A DNA stretch of 64,000 nt from Antechinus flavipes (GCF_016432865.1 NC_067403.1:20956001-21020000); one strand, 5' to 3'. Positions 50,745 to 64,000 are shown, numbered from the stretch's first letter. Notes: generated from the letters alone by a model not told the origin. Program-made: numbers and translations.

Positions 50745-50960
50745 TGCTGTTATGTATAGAGTGCTGGACCTAGAATCAGCAATGTGACCTTAGACATTTA
50801 CTGTGATATAATTCTGGGTAAGTTACTTCATATCTGTTTGCCTCAGTGTCCTTATCTACAACTGAGGATTGTAATAGCACTGCCATAGGATTGCTGTAAG
50901 GATCAAATGATAATATATGTAAAAGACTCTTATCTCAGTTCCTGACACATAGAAGTGGTT
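50745..50960 (+). mobile_element. MIR SINE
   Basis: 'gcctcagtgtccttatctacaactgaggattgtaatagcac...ggattgctgtaaggatcaaatga'. Confidence 0.8.
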
Positions 50961-51005
50961 CTCTTCCCACCTCTATGGACATTTTCATTTCATTCCATTT
51001 CATTT

Positions 51006-51160
51006 TAAGGATTTTGGGACGTGACTTTAAAAATTATGTATTCCAAACTCCTCATTTTACAAATGACAATGAATCCAAGAAGGGGGTGATGATCAGGAGA
51101 AGCAAGAGGAGAGTGACATTTATCTTGCATTTTAAAGTCTGTTAAGTGATATATGTGTAG

Positions 51161-51204
<44 letters not shown>

Positions 51205-51685
51205 ATTTCACTCCTTCTCCTCCTCCTTTTTCCCATCTTCTGAATTTTTTCTGAAGGTAAAATACTCCATCCTCCCAAGCAAGTTCTTTTCTCTTTGATC
51301 CTATTGTCTCAGGCTACCATGGAAAAAATTAGGGACTGATTGTTTGCCATCCAGCTAGCAGCTCACTAAGATTTGTATATACCAATGTGTGATCTAGAGT
51401 GATGGGAGGAGGCTTGGTGCAGGGGGATAGCACATCATCTTCAGAGTTTGCTAAGGTCATTCTACTTTCCTAGTGGCCATCTCTGTAAGGATTTTGGGAG
51501 GTGACTTTAAAAATTATGTATTCCAAACTCCTCATTTTACAAATGAAAATGAATCCAAGAAGGGGATGATGATCAGGAGAAGCAAGAGGAGAGTGACATT
51601 TATTTTGCACTTTAAAGTTTGTGAAGTGTTATATGTGTAGGTGTGTGTGTGTGTGTGTGTTCCTCTTTCCCCTCTTCTGAATTTT
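51006..51685 (+). repeat. Local direct duplication (51006-~51250 and 51486-~51685, offset 480 bp), each copy containing (TG)n
   Basis: 8 mismatches counted over the first 156 aligned bases. Confidence 0.97.
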
Positions 51686-51858
51686 GTCATCTATTCTATA
51701 TATGTCTGGCCACTGGACCTAGATGGCTTTGGAGGGGAAAGTGAGACAGGTGACCTTGCACATCTTCCCCTCACTTAAATCCAACACCTTTTTATGTCCT
51801 GGTGTCCTCTCCCTGATGACATGGTTCTGTTGGAGAACAAGGGAAAAACAACAATAAC
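51686..51858 (+). mobile_element. RTE-tailed marsupial SINE, 3' fragment (RTESINE/WALLSI-like)
   Basis: 'gccactggacctagatggctttggaggggaaagtgagacaggtgaccttgcac...tcacttaaatccaa'. The tail 'gagaacaagggaaaaacaac' resembles the RTE tail near 48400. Confidence 0.8.
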
Positions 51859-53714
51859 TACTCTCTTACCAAGGCTTGTAACACATAGTAATAGCGTGAT
51901 ACTTTACTTGTGAAGTATATTCTTCTGTCATAGTGTACATAAATGTCTGTAGTTAAATTTCATTCTATGGTTCAGTTTTCTAGGTTGACCCAAACTCACA
52001 CTTAGCTATCATCTAATTGTATGTTATCACTGTCATCACTAGTGAGAACCTCAGTATGAGAAGAGACCCCCTCCAAATCTGCCTGCTGGGAATCCAGAGG
52101 TTATTGTCGAGTTCCAGGGAAAGAGCTACTGAAAAGTGAATTGAGGGCAAAGTGTATAAATAGGATGATCAGTGTCTAGAGCAGTCTTTGTGACTCATAA
52201 ACCATAATTGCACTAGCCATGTTACTATTTGTAGCACAGATTTAAGACATATAATTCTGAGAATGAACTTTGTTTTTAAATTTGGCTTATTCAACTTCTC
52301 TGACTTGGACTTAAAAGTTTTGAGGTACCAAGAAAAGTGACCTCATTAGTAAAAACATATTTAACCACCTAATTTACAGTTTAAAAATAATAGCAATATA
52401 TATTTTTTCAAATCTGTTGAGTTTAAAGAATAACAGTATACATTATAAACATTATTGCTAAAATTAATGTAGGACTTTCAAATTCCTTTCAATAAAAACA
52501 TGCTCCCCAAAACACATGCAGACATTTCTGTTTATTTCATAAAACAAAGGAAGGCGATGGCATTCTATGTGGCACAGAGCTTTTTGAACAATTATTGCCC
52601 CAAAAGTGAGCCCCAGGCAAGAAACCATTGGCAAGAAAAAAAACACTTATTGTTGTGGTGGTTTCATATCAATAGAGGCTCAAGGTAGAGCTACCTTCTG
52701 ATATAAAAATTTTTTCTTGATTTATTTCAAAGCAATAATGAGGCTACTAAAGTAAGATTACAAGTATCCATATCACCTTCCACCTTAACCTTCCTTAGAA
52801 CCACCTTGATCTGTCAGAGAACTTGAACTATGTTCAATGATCAGAGCTTGCCTGCTCTTATGTTTTATAACCCAGAAATTATCTAAAATAAGAATATTAG
52901 AAAGAAGTATTGATGTATTTTATACCCCCTAAGAATTGCTGAATCAAAATATAAAAAAAAATGAAAACTGCTCATTTCTTTTTCTTTTAAATAGATTTTC
53001 TTTTAAGTTACAATAACTGATTTTTTTTCCTTTTTGTTCTTCCTGGATAGTACATGTAGGTAGAACAATAGTGAAAATTTGTTATAATTTCATAACAATA
53101 TTTTTAAGTATGAAAATGTGAGGAAGTGAAGTAAAAGATGAGAAAAGGATTTTGACAATCAAATTTTGAGAAGATATGTGGATTTACTGTTCTTTTTTTA
53201 TCATCCCCTCCACCAAAGTATTTTAGATATAATCACAAATCTTCATATACTTCTTTAGTGCCTCACTAGAATATATTATTACTTTAGCTTCATAAATTTC
53301 CCAAAAAACAAAATTAGATTGATTGGAGTAGATTTTACAGTGTTTTCTTTTTTTCAGTCATTATAGCAGCTTAGAAATAAGAAATAGAGCATCTTCATAT
53401 TTTTTGTTATGCAATATTACAGGTGGAATTAGAAAGACAAAACATTAATGTCCCAAGTATTTTGGTTTTGTGTTAATGATAAAATTAGGTTAACCATGCA
53501 GCTATCTGATCCATTATTTGATGATTGGTGTGATAATGTCTTCTTCAATATGTTTTATAAATTAAATTAAGTTAAAAGAAAATTAAATTAAAATAAATTT
53601 AACCTTAAATTAAAAGAAAAAAATGTCCCAAAGGACTAACATGAATATTTCACACTCCCCAATAAAGAAGACATTACAGTCATATGTGCATTTGTTTAGA
53701 CTGATACTACCTAG

Positions 53715-53962
53715 ATTTGGTCAAGATCAGTGGACAAAAGAGTGTCAGGTCTAGTGTCAGAGAGACTCATCTTCATGAAATCAAAGCCAACCTCAAACAC
53801 TTACTAGCTGTATGATCCTGGACAATTCACTTAACAACATTTGTCTTATTTTCTTCCTCTCTAAAATGAACTGGAGAAGGAAATGACAACCCAATATTTT
53901 TGCCAAGAAAACTCCAAATTTTGTCACAATTAACTGCGTCTGATTGAAACCAAACAACAAAA
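53715..53962 (+). mobile_element. MAR1-type SINE
   Basis: 'aaaatgaactggagaaggaaatgacaacccaatatttttgccaagaaaactccaaa'. Confidence 0.85.
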
Positions 53963-55437
53963 CTATATCATTTTGTGTTCATTGGACTAGTAGGGTTATT
54001 CATGAATCGGGTACCTACATATTCAAATCATTCAATGTAAGATTGTGGTTTTATTTAAACAAAATGACTAACTATCTAGATGAAAGTAGGATGTTGAATG
54101 TATTTCAATCTGTTGTGGGATATTTGTAGCACTCATTGATCCTGCAAGATCCAATACCCTGAATGCCTTTCTATTTAAATGTGAGAGGCAATATACAATG
54201 TTCTGCCCCATTAGTAATAGAGAATTGTATAAGTTACAGATGTGATTTCAAAGACATCAGTTTATAAAACACAGGCATTTGTGTCAAGATGTTGAATGTT
54301 TAAACGTATACATTTGCTCAAGCAAACAATTCTATAAATATATGTGTTACATTAGTAGACTGACTAATATTTTATTCTTTAGTTTTACTTGAAAGTAATC
54401 AGATTGTAAAGCAGTGTTCAAAATATTTCATAACTGCATCAAAGTAAATAATGTTGGGCTCATAACATTTTGTAAAAAAGAGTTATCAAAGGGGAAACAA
54501 CTGATATGCTAAGGGAAAAAAATGGCTCTACATTTTAAGATTTTGCTTGAGAAAACATGGGTAAGTTAAAGGAGCCTTTAAAATCAAATGCCTGGAATCC
54601 ACAGTGAAAAAGCATGTAAGTATTGGTTAATGTGGCATTGCAAAGGAGAAATAGTCCAAACTTAAATTTAAAAGCAGAGTCGAATAAAGGAAGTTATGTA
54701 ATGTTTATCTGAGTTTGTATGAAATGCTACAACTGTCTCTAAGCTGCCTTTGCTTTGTGAAAAGGAAGCTTAATTCTGTCAAGGCAAGAGTTCGGGGGCC
54801 TTTCATGCCCTTATTTGCTTTTAGAGACTTGAACTGTCAAGTTGATAAATGGGCTTTGACAGAAGCAAAGGTAATTCAAAGCCTATTCACAGGTAGAGTA
54901 GTCTTTAATAGATTCTTTAAGAAAAAAGAAACACTTCCTTGGTGGAGGAACAAAAAAATTACAAAATATACCATGTTAATTCACTATGAGGAATCTATTT
55001 AGCCAAGAATGGAAACTCTGCCATCTTTCTGAAAAAGTATTTCAGTGGTATAGCATCAGGCTGGATTTCTGTATCTGTGCCAATGCTAACAAATTGAGGA
55101 AGTGTGTGTGCATGCAAAGGGAAATCAATTAAATCACTAAGAGAAAGGACAGATTTTATGATGCGAAATTGTATAGGGTTTATTGGTGGCCATTTACCAA
55201 GACTCATGAAGGACATCCTTGACTAGAGAAGCCCTTTAGGATGATCATTTTAGTGCTCCAGAAAACATCCAAGGGAATTTAGAGGAATACAAGAAAATCA
55301 TGGTCCTTTGGGCTCAAGTGCCATCGATTTAGAGTAAGAAGAGAATGTGACATTTCTTTGGAGAGATCTTAATTTACTGGATTTGTCACAGATGACCTAA
55401 GTTATCCTACCTGGTAGAGTTGGTTCCCTTTTGAAAA

Positions 55438-55694
55438 NNNNNNNNNNNNNNNNNNNNNNNNNNNNNNNNNNNNNNNNNNNNNNNNNNNNNNNNNNNNNNN
55501 NNNNNNNNNNNNNNNNNNNNNNNNNNNNNNNNNNNNNNNNNNNNNNNNNNNNNNNNNNNNNNNNNNNNNNNNNNNNNNNNNNNNNNNNNNNNNNNNNNNN
55601 NNNNNNNNNNNNNNNNNNNNNNNNNNNNNNNNNNNNNNNNNNNNNNNNNNNNNNNNNNNNNNNNNNNNNNNNNNNNNNNNNNNNNNNNNNNNNN
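55438..55694. other. Assembly gap (257 N)
   Basis: Run of N. Confidence 1.
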
Positions 55695-55955
55695 AGGATG
55701 GTGCAGTAGAGAGAGTGCTGGAAAGGAAGTCAATAACAACTGAATTCATATCTGGCCTCAGACTAATTTTCCAATCATGTGACTCTCAGAAAAATCATTT
55801 AACCTTTGTCTGGCTCTTTTTCCCATTGTGAATTAGGGATCACAAATATCACCTAACTCCAAAGATTATGGTGAGGATCAAATGAGATATTTGAAAAGTG
55901 CTTCCACACAGTGTCTAGATCTTAGTAGGTACTTAATAAATGCTTATTTCTTCTC
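55695..55955 (+). mobile_element. MIR SINE, near full length
   Basis: Head 'gtgcagtagagagagtgctgg', 'gtgaggatcaaatgagatattt', tail 'gtaggtacttaataaatgcttattt'. Confidence 0.85.
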
Positions 55956-57709
55956 AGCCTACCATTTGCCATTATAATACTACAGCTTTCAGGTTTTGTC
56001 TCTATAATATAAAGAGGAGCTATTCTTTCATTGTGATAATTAAATTGCACAAAATCTCTCATTTGAAGATGTACTACAGCAAGTCAAACATCATTTCCTA
56101 CTTAAATTCATTTTTGTACTCACATTCTAATTTCATCAGTAGGAACTTTCATTGTGGAAACTTCTTCCACAATGACTATCTGCTTTTTCCTTATAATTTG
56201 AAGTTTTGAATTGCCTAACATATTCAGAGAGTAAGTGATTTGACTATAATTATATAATTAATTTTTGTTAAAGGCAGGTCTGGAACCCAGGTTTCTCTGA
56301 TGATAAAATCCAGACCTTATCCACTACACCACATAACATTTCCTCAGTTAATGAGAGATTCAAATAGTAAGACATTTTCATCCATTTTTGAAGGAGCTAA
56401 CTAAATAGAATGTCTTTTCTTGTTTATAATTTTTTCAGATAAACAAATAAATAAGGTCTCTTACCAAAGCACTATTAAGCTATGACTCATTTTTACTATC
56501 CCAGTTGCTTTTTTTTTTTGCTTTGGAATAAATTTAGTTTTTTTAATACTGCAAAAAGCTATATCAATGGATATACCTCATCTTTCTAGTTTCATTGGAG
56601 ACACCTTTAAAAATCTGTATATAATTTTAACAACAAGTATTAAAGTTCATATTTTTATAAATTTTGAAGAAATTCATGTTTTAGTAAATTTTGCATAAAA
56701 TAAAAATAATTACTTAAGTGGAATAAGATTCATACCATTATGGTTAGGGAACCTTCTCTGAATCTTTCTGATCAATTATAAACTTGCCTCTCAGACTTAA
56801 CATAGCACTATTTTTATTTTTTTCAAGCCTCTAAAACATATGGCGTGCATAATATGGTATATTATAGTTATTTGTGATGATGTTTTACCCACTAACCTAA
56901 GATCCATGAAGACAAGGGCTATGTCTTATCAAAGGAATGTTTGTTGACTGAGTGTGATAAATGAGGTGAATGTTCTTTTGCGAAGGACATTACTGTTTTT
57001 TGTCATAGGGCAAAAGTACAATCTTAAAATAAGTTCTAATTACCGATTCAGCATCCAATTTTAAATAATACTGGTTGTTCTGGATAAAATTAGAAGTTGT
57101 TACTTTGGACAATTTGGACACAATGCTGGCCGATGGTACTATAAAAATGCCAGGAGACTCTTAAAATAATAGAAAGAAAATTGTGTTGAATCTTACAAAG
57201 TTTACAATCTTACAAAAATCTTACAAATTGGTATACGGCACTAAGCATTTGTCCTTTGGTCTGCTATTAACTGCTTTCATGAGAGAATCCTTTTCCAGAA
57301 GTATGATTATACCTAACTTTCAGCTATCATAGAATAATCCCCCCGTATTGTATCCAATCTAATCATTTCTAGCTTCTATAATTATATGACCTGATCACTT
57401 TCTACCTTCTACAAGCTAGAGAAGGTTAGCAGAAAGTTCTTTTAAAGCCATTAATAAAACAATCATAAGGAGTTAAGTTCCAACTAAATCATTCCGTTGG
57501 CCTACCTACCTCATAGACAGTGCTAATACAAATTATTTCAGCCCAGAAAGGAATATATAAAAAAAAAAAAAACAACAACATCAAAGGGATGATACCAAAG
57601 GGAATATGAAATTGTCATTTGTTTAACAGGATCTAGGGATCTTTTATTTTATTTAGTAAGGTAGGCTACATCTATATTAGTGTGAACTATAGAGTTAAGA
57701 ACCTATTGA

Positions 57710-58110
57710 GAGAAAGACAGAGAAACAGAAGGAGGGAAGAAGAAGGAGAAGGGGATGGAGAGAAGAAGGGAAGAAGGGAGAGAGAGAGAGATTGAAAAAA
57801 GTATATATACTCAAAGGTTACAAAATGGAGACATATCTCCTGTCAAATGTATTTAATCAAATAAAGATTCCTAGGAAGGTGAGTCATGAGGAGGTTTTTG
57901 AAGAAAGTTAGATACATGATATGAGAGAGTACAATCTTCAAATCATGGGGGAAAGTAGTTGGTAAAGATTTGTGGATTAAAAATAGGCAAGTCACTATAG
58001 CTTGGTTAGAGTACATAGTATTCCCAGGAAATAAGAAGAAAATACAGAATATTATATTTGGAAGTAATATTGGAAATCAAGTAGTCTAGAATTAGGAAAC
58101 TATTTAATAT
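57710..58110 (-). mobile_element. GA-rich low-complexity tract followed by a decayed L2 fragment
   Basis: Purine tract at 57710-57795; 'aaagattcctaggaaggtgagtcatgaggaggtttttgaag' is reverse-L2-like. Confidence 0.5.
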
Positions 58111-58349
58111 TTCCACCGGGGAGATGCCCCACAAGACATTGCTATATTTGCCTCTTTGCAGCTTATATGTAGCCCATTCCTAGATCCTCAGGGTATACCC
58201 TTTCACTCATTTAAGCATATTAAAAGTATGAGGAAATTTAAAAATAAAAACACTTTTGGTAAAGCCAAAAAATCTCCATCTTGTCCAATGCTTTCATTTC
58301 ACTGATGATGAAACCTAAAGTACTTGAGTGGTTTATCCAAAATCTTCAA

Positions 58350-58547
58350 GTATTACTCTTTGTCCAAATCTTTGTGACCCCATTTGGGGATTTTTTGATA
58401 GAGAGTTTTCCGTTTCCTTTTTCCAGTCATTTTACAGATAAGCAAACTGAGGAAAACAGGATTAAGTACCCAGGATCACACAGCTATTAAATGTCTGAGG
58501 CCACATTTGAACTTAGAAGATGAGTCTATCCACTGTGTCACCTAGCT
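58350..58547 (-). mobile_element. MAR1-type SINE
   Basis: 'gtgaccccatttggggattttt', 'cattttacagataagcaaactgagg', 'ctatccactgtgtcacctagct'. Confidence 0.85.
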
Positions 58548-59299
58548 ATTCTGTTCAAAGATATTATAACAACTAAATGTCACACATTTAATGAATATTG
58601 AGATTTCCTGACTCTTTCTGAAACATCTTGCCACAATGTGATAGGGCATTGTAATGGGGGACTAGAGGTAGAGGTAAAAATTTAAAAACTCTAAAATAGC
58701 CAGAAACTTTTAAATCAGGCAGAGGGAATTAGTTTAAATGAGAGATCTGTTCAAGTTATTTTAATAAATTATTTTGCTAACTAATTGGGTGAATTCACCA
58801 TTTTTTCAGGCTGCGCTATATTCTGAGCTTAAATTGTGTAGATGAGAACTTCTGTTAAATGAATATAGAACAAAAGAATTTTTAGTAAACCACATGGCTC
58901 ATGCACCTGAAGATGGGGTGTCAGAGTTGATTATACACTAAAATTTCTTTATCTCCTTATTCTTCTAAGCCTGTTCACAAAAGAGAAGGCTAAGAATTGG
59001 TGGTCACCCAATTCATCAGAACATGGGTAGGTTTGTGCATATTTTGTTATGTCTATATTTCGTCTTTCCAATTATATAATGCACATGTACTTCATAGCTT
59101 CCATTACATTAAAAGCAATATCCTATTTTTATATTTCTGCATCATCTTTACCATCTCTTTTTTTCTATTAACAAATTTAATTTGTTAATAGCTTCTATCG
59201 TCTCTATCAATAACAAAACAGAAGTAAAAGAGAACTTTAAATTAGACAGCATGTAACAGATTCTTTTAAATCTCATTTTAGCAAGTGTAGGTGTGAATG

Positions 59300-59740
59300 T
59301 GGGTATGCATATTCAAATCAATGTTTTTAACCCTATGGGAAGATTCATATTTCTTAAGGATATGTTTTAAGGCCAGATGGATTATGACATGCCAATATTA
59401 TTCAACTTGTCTGGTTTTTTTATTTCCATTAGAATAATATTTTGCTTTTTTCAAGGCTTAATTGAAATGATGCTCTGGTGTTTTGTGATAAATTGTGGTG
59501 AACCACTATTATTTCAGCATTTGGTAAAATATACAGTGAAACATGGCTGTGATAAAATTATAAATTGTGTATATGGCTTGTTAGTCATTAAGGGATGTTA
59601 ATTTTGGTTTCCATATTAGACAGTTCATGAAATAATTGTTCATATATCTGTGTTGTTGATTCTCTAGGTATGTGCTAAATTATGTTAATTAATCCTGTAT
59701 CTAGTTCTTAGGCATTAATCTTTTGTTGGAGAAATATTCC
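59300..59740 (-). mobile_element. Old L1 ORF2 fragment
   Basis: 'attgaaatgatgctctggtgttttgtg...tgaaccactatt' follows the recalled reverse L1 RT region. Confidence 0.5.
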
Positions 59741-61524
59741 ACGCAACCCTAGCCCTAATCCTAACCCTTAATTGGCTTCTATTGCTTGCTAGTATGTAAA
59801 GAGAACAGAATGGTTTGTATCATACTGTTAGAAATGTCTCTCATTCAGAAATGTTATAAAGGAAAAAAGTGTAAAGATAGCAACCTTTTCCCCCTTGCTT
59901 TTCCTCTGAAATTTAAATAATATACATCTACTATTTTAATCATTTAGTCATATGTCGATGTTTTCTCATCTAGGTTAATGTGTATATCTTTAGCCTCATT
60001 TACTATGTAAGCGTTTTTATTAAGATAGTAGTCAAAATTTCAAAAGAAACAAAGACGATGGAAACGGCAAACCACATACGTTTTGCTTTAATGTTTCCAC
60101 TCGCTTTCTTGATGAGTTATGGAAGAGAAATAATTATATAATCCCATAGTATGTATCTTTCTATGTGTGTGTGTATTTAGTGTGAGTTCTGACAAGTGAA
60201 GTAGCTCTTTCTATATTACCAGAAATGCTGATATACTACTTTTTTTGTTCCTTATTCTTAGAGAACCGTCTAAAGTACTGGAAATAATTTGCACAAGGTC
60301 ATGTGGACAATACTCATTAGAGATAGGACTCATAACAAAGGCTGGCTCTTCCCTTCCACACATAAATATACACACATGATGCATACCTGTATATTAATGT
60401 CTATACATTTGTGGACATATTATCTTATATCCTATGTGTATTGGTATCTATAATATTAAATTGTTATATTTATATATATATATGTGTGTGTGTGTGCTTA
60501 TGTAGTATTGATATTACTTTATCATTCTCACAAATTTCAGATGAGATAAATATTACTACATATTCAAAATTCTGCTGCTTAATGACTATGACTCCATCTA
60601 CAAGATATGTAGATTCGTCTTTATTTTTATAACCTTTTTCTGTCTCCATTTTGTATGATGTATGGGTATATACAAGAAACACATGACTGCAAGGAGAGGT
60701 TAACTTTACATTAAGAGTTATTGTGTGTTTGTTTCTTAATTGTTATTATTTTCCCTACAGCACAACCAAGACTTAATTTAATTGTCACATCAAGACTTGA
60801 TTTAATTAATTAAATGTGATTATATTTCAGAAGTACTCATTGAAAACCATTTTACTCAGCCCTTTAAGATCATAAAGACAGAGGGCAATCTTGAGGAAAT
60901 TGAAATCCCTACTCATTTTCTAAAAGGATTCTTGACAATCGGGTTGTTAACGGAAACATTTATTAGGGGAGCTTCCTCTTGGGCATTTAAGATTTCATAG
61001 ATTGCTGTTTGCTATTTAAATTGTTTCACAATTTGATGGCATTCTGTTTTATCAGAGAAGGGTTGAGAAAAAGGGGGGAAAAAAACTGGATACACAATTA
61101 GAAAAGTGAGAAATTCAACACATTCTTTACCTTAATAATGATAGTTTTCTCATAAAAACATAAAAAGTCATTTCATTGTTTTTTGTTGCCATCTTCCCTC
61201 TTCCTCCCCTGTATTTTGTTATGTGGTTCCATTAATATAGGGAACTTTTACTGAAGAAACAATTTGTAAATGAATATATGAGATAGTCGTTGCTTGGGGG
61301 GCCAACTGAGAGGTTAAACATTTTGCTTTTCTTATTCTTCTCCTAGGTTTACACTTTAGTGTTTCAGAATCAAGATCCAACTTACTTTCAAAGGCAGGCT
61401 GCTGATCCCCCTACTACATACTGTCTATTTTATCTTAAACACTTTTTATGGTATCATGAAATAGTATCACTAAATAGAGGTTTAATGTAAGACCTACCTT
61501 CATTGTTCATAGTGTGGAATCTGT

Positions 61525-61550
61525 AAAAAAAAAAAAAAAAAAAAAAAAAA
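61525..61550. repeat. Poly(A) run next to a reverse MIR3 fragment (about 61550-61625)
   Basis: Directly visible A run; 'atagtccagctccctcattttcta' follows it. Confidence 0.85.
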
Positions 61551-61959
61551 GACTTAGGAGCTATATAGTCCAGCTCCCTCATTTTCTATATGAATCACAG
61601 AGAGGATTAACTTATCCAAGATGTGTGCTCATAATTGGTGTATAAATGATTCCAAAATATCTTCCTTGAATTCTGTAATATAGTCTTTTTCTTAAACATA
61701 TAGATGGTTCTTTTATTTTCATTGGAATAATTACTTTTTCATCCACACAAACTATAACCCTTCTTTATTTGTGCTATACAAGTTCTTGGCTGTCTTTAAA
61801 TTATCCATCCAGTACTCACCTAATATATTATATGCTTCCTTTTCATTCTTTTTAGTATTTTAATGGTGCTAATATAGCACTTAGATTGTCTACCTATTGT
61901 ATTGCTTACATCTGTTCTAGAAACAGTCATTTAAAAATATATCTATTTAAATATATCTA

Positions 61960-62230
61960 TCTTCTCACTTCTTACCCAAGTTTTTGCATAAATCCTGCAG
62001 CCTTTGAATATCTTACCAGCAGCTTCCACTGTCCTTTAGGTTATTTAAAATTTGATAATTCTTATTCCAGGAAGATCCATAATATCTCTGTCTCCCCCTT
62101 GTCTTCCTATCTCCATCTGTCTCTCTCTGTCTCTGATTCTCTCTTTTTTCTCTCTCTGTATGTCTCTACCTCTTGTCTTTCTCATATTATCATCCAAGGA
62201 ATCTTCAGAATATAGTAACTCTTCAAATGA
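61960..62230 (+). mobile_element. L2 fragment with a CT-rich expansion
   Basis: 'gaatatcttaccagcagcttccactgtcctttaggttatttaaaatttgat' resembles the L2 post-YADD region. Confidence 0.5.
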
Positions 62231-64000
62231 TACTAAAAGAAATAAGACTAATTTTGTCCTCTAGTGAACAGACTCTTTGGTTTTGAAGCTCTGAACTGGA
62301 CTTAAATAGTTTGCTTGTTTCTCTTTAATTGTACTTTTCATATTAAGTCTTATATTTTGTTCTTTATGCAGTTCTAGAACATAAAGGATTAAAGTGATCT
62401 TTGTTACTAAAATAGTTGAAAAAAATTACTTGCCTACTTTATCTTCTCTAGATCAAAGGCCCCCACTTCTCCTAATTTGTCCCTATAAGACATGGTTTCC
62501 ATTATTCTTCTTTTTTACTTAGCATTCTTGGGTGGTAACCCAATTTCTTCATGGTTCTTTATCATATGAAATGGTTGTAACATGTTATCCCATGTGTGTG
62601 TTGACCAGAGCAGAGTAGAAAAAAAAATCTTTTCCTTCACTTGGCAATATTAACTTTATTATTCTTTGCTTCAAAACATTGACCTAAAAATAGTTTATAG
62701 TATACTAAAAATCCAAATGCCTTTCATGTGAAAAATTAGCTGATCATGACTCATTCCATCCCATAGTTGTGCATATGCAGGCCCTTAGATTTAATCCCAT
62801 TTATTTTCATCTTACTATATTTTGTTGTGTACTTGACAATCAAGTATTTTTTGATTCCAGAATCTGTCATCTGACATTTTTAGCTGTCTCAACTTCATTC
62901 ATAAATAGAAAGAAGTTTGATGGACTTCACCATAGACTTCAATTAGATATCAGTTCTTTCATCTCACGTGTTTGGATGTATTCTTCATTATTAGTCATGA
63001 TTAGTTTATAATTTATTCATTATTTTCTTATGTTAGCCATTTTTTATGTATAATTTACAATTTTTATAGTTTTTTTTGTCAGAGAAAACTGATTATTTTA
63101 TCTTAAGTTTAATAATAGGTTTTATTTTCTTTCATAGCCTTATTTCATGGAAATAAAAGGTAATATCTCTTATAGGGTTTTCAAAAAATAAGGGAACTTG
63201 AAACAAGATAATACTATTGGGAAAGACAGAAATATGACTCACAAAGTAGGAACGTTATTAGAACTCTTGGTGAAAGGCTACGAATATATTAATCAAATTC
63301 ATATGCTCTTTCTCCTTTTTGCATATATATTATTAATAATATATTTTGGGAGAATTTAAATATAAAAATGTAAGGATGATACACATAAAACATGTGATAT
63401 GCATATACATGCATGTTATATATAAATACACATATGTGTGCATATATAAATACATAATTAATTTTATTTTTATTATAAAACACTTGAAATTCATTTGACA
63501 AACGTCTGTGAGTCAGTTCAATGAATTCCAACATCTGTGCCTGTCAGATAAAGATTGACTCTGGTTTTAAGTTTATGAAAAGAAACAAAAGTTAGGTTTT
63601 TTTTTTTAATTTCTAAAAATGATTCAAATTAGAGTCCTAAAACTAGTAGAATTTATATACTACTTATGCAAGGTTTTTCCATCTGTCTACATAAATTAAT
63701 TTAGTATTTTACAGCACTGTTCGAAATCTCTTAGTACGAAAGTGAACTGTTTCATCAGTCTTAGAAGAAGAAGGGATTAGTCAGAAGCAATAAAAAGTGA
63801 TGCTTCTGAAGGTCCTTATATGATGCTCATTTACCAAATGAGGACTCTCTATACTGTTCAGAACTACACACAATATAAGAACACATAGAGTATAGACGTT
63901 ACCATTCATTAAAACAATTACAATCATTATTATCTATTTTTTGAGTTCCTAGACAGATTAATTCTTCTAATGTAAATTTCTAAGTGTAATTGCATTAAAA

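Noticed and set aside
61325-61490. Strong plus-strand acceptor with open frame VYTLVFQNQDPTY...
   Set aside because: No canonical donor nearby and no recognisable product.
1-64000. Scattered AP-1 (TGASTCA) motifs
   Set aside because: The number noticed (about nine) is close to the chance expectation for this base composition.
1-64000. Endogenous viral element (filovirus, bornavirus, parvovirus), CRISPR-like array, tRNA or snRNA genes
   Set aside because: I looked because marsupials carry such EVEs, but saw no viral-like peptide, no regular repeat-spacer array and no intact RNA gene. A tblastx against viral proteins would be needed to exclude highly decayed EVEs.

Overview
AT-rich, CpG-depleted, repeat-dense non-coding DNA from a marsupial genome. 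The repeat content points there: MAR1-type CORE/RTE SINEs, a WSINE1/Mar3-type SINE, an RTE LINE with an RTE-tailed SINE, and a 7SL-derived element, alongside old L2, MIR/MIR3, CR1/L3, L1 and hAT-like fossils. An Australian marsupial such as a dasyurid is plausible but is inference only. Two N gaps indicate a scaffolded short-read assembly. I recognise no protein-coding gene, tRNA, rRNA, CRISPR array or endogenous viral element. The listed ORFs are explained by decayed LINEs, low-complexity sequence, gaps or chance. The window reads as a large intron or gene desert. The best leads are several isolated exon or micro-exon candidates, CpG-retaining or repeat-poor blocks that may be conserved enhancers, a full-length 7SL retrocopy, an internally deleted RTE, and young local duplications. 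I found no supportable novel biological system. Repeat family names come from recalled consensus sequences, not a database search. Repeat boundaries are approximate (tens of bp).
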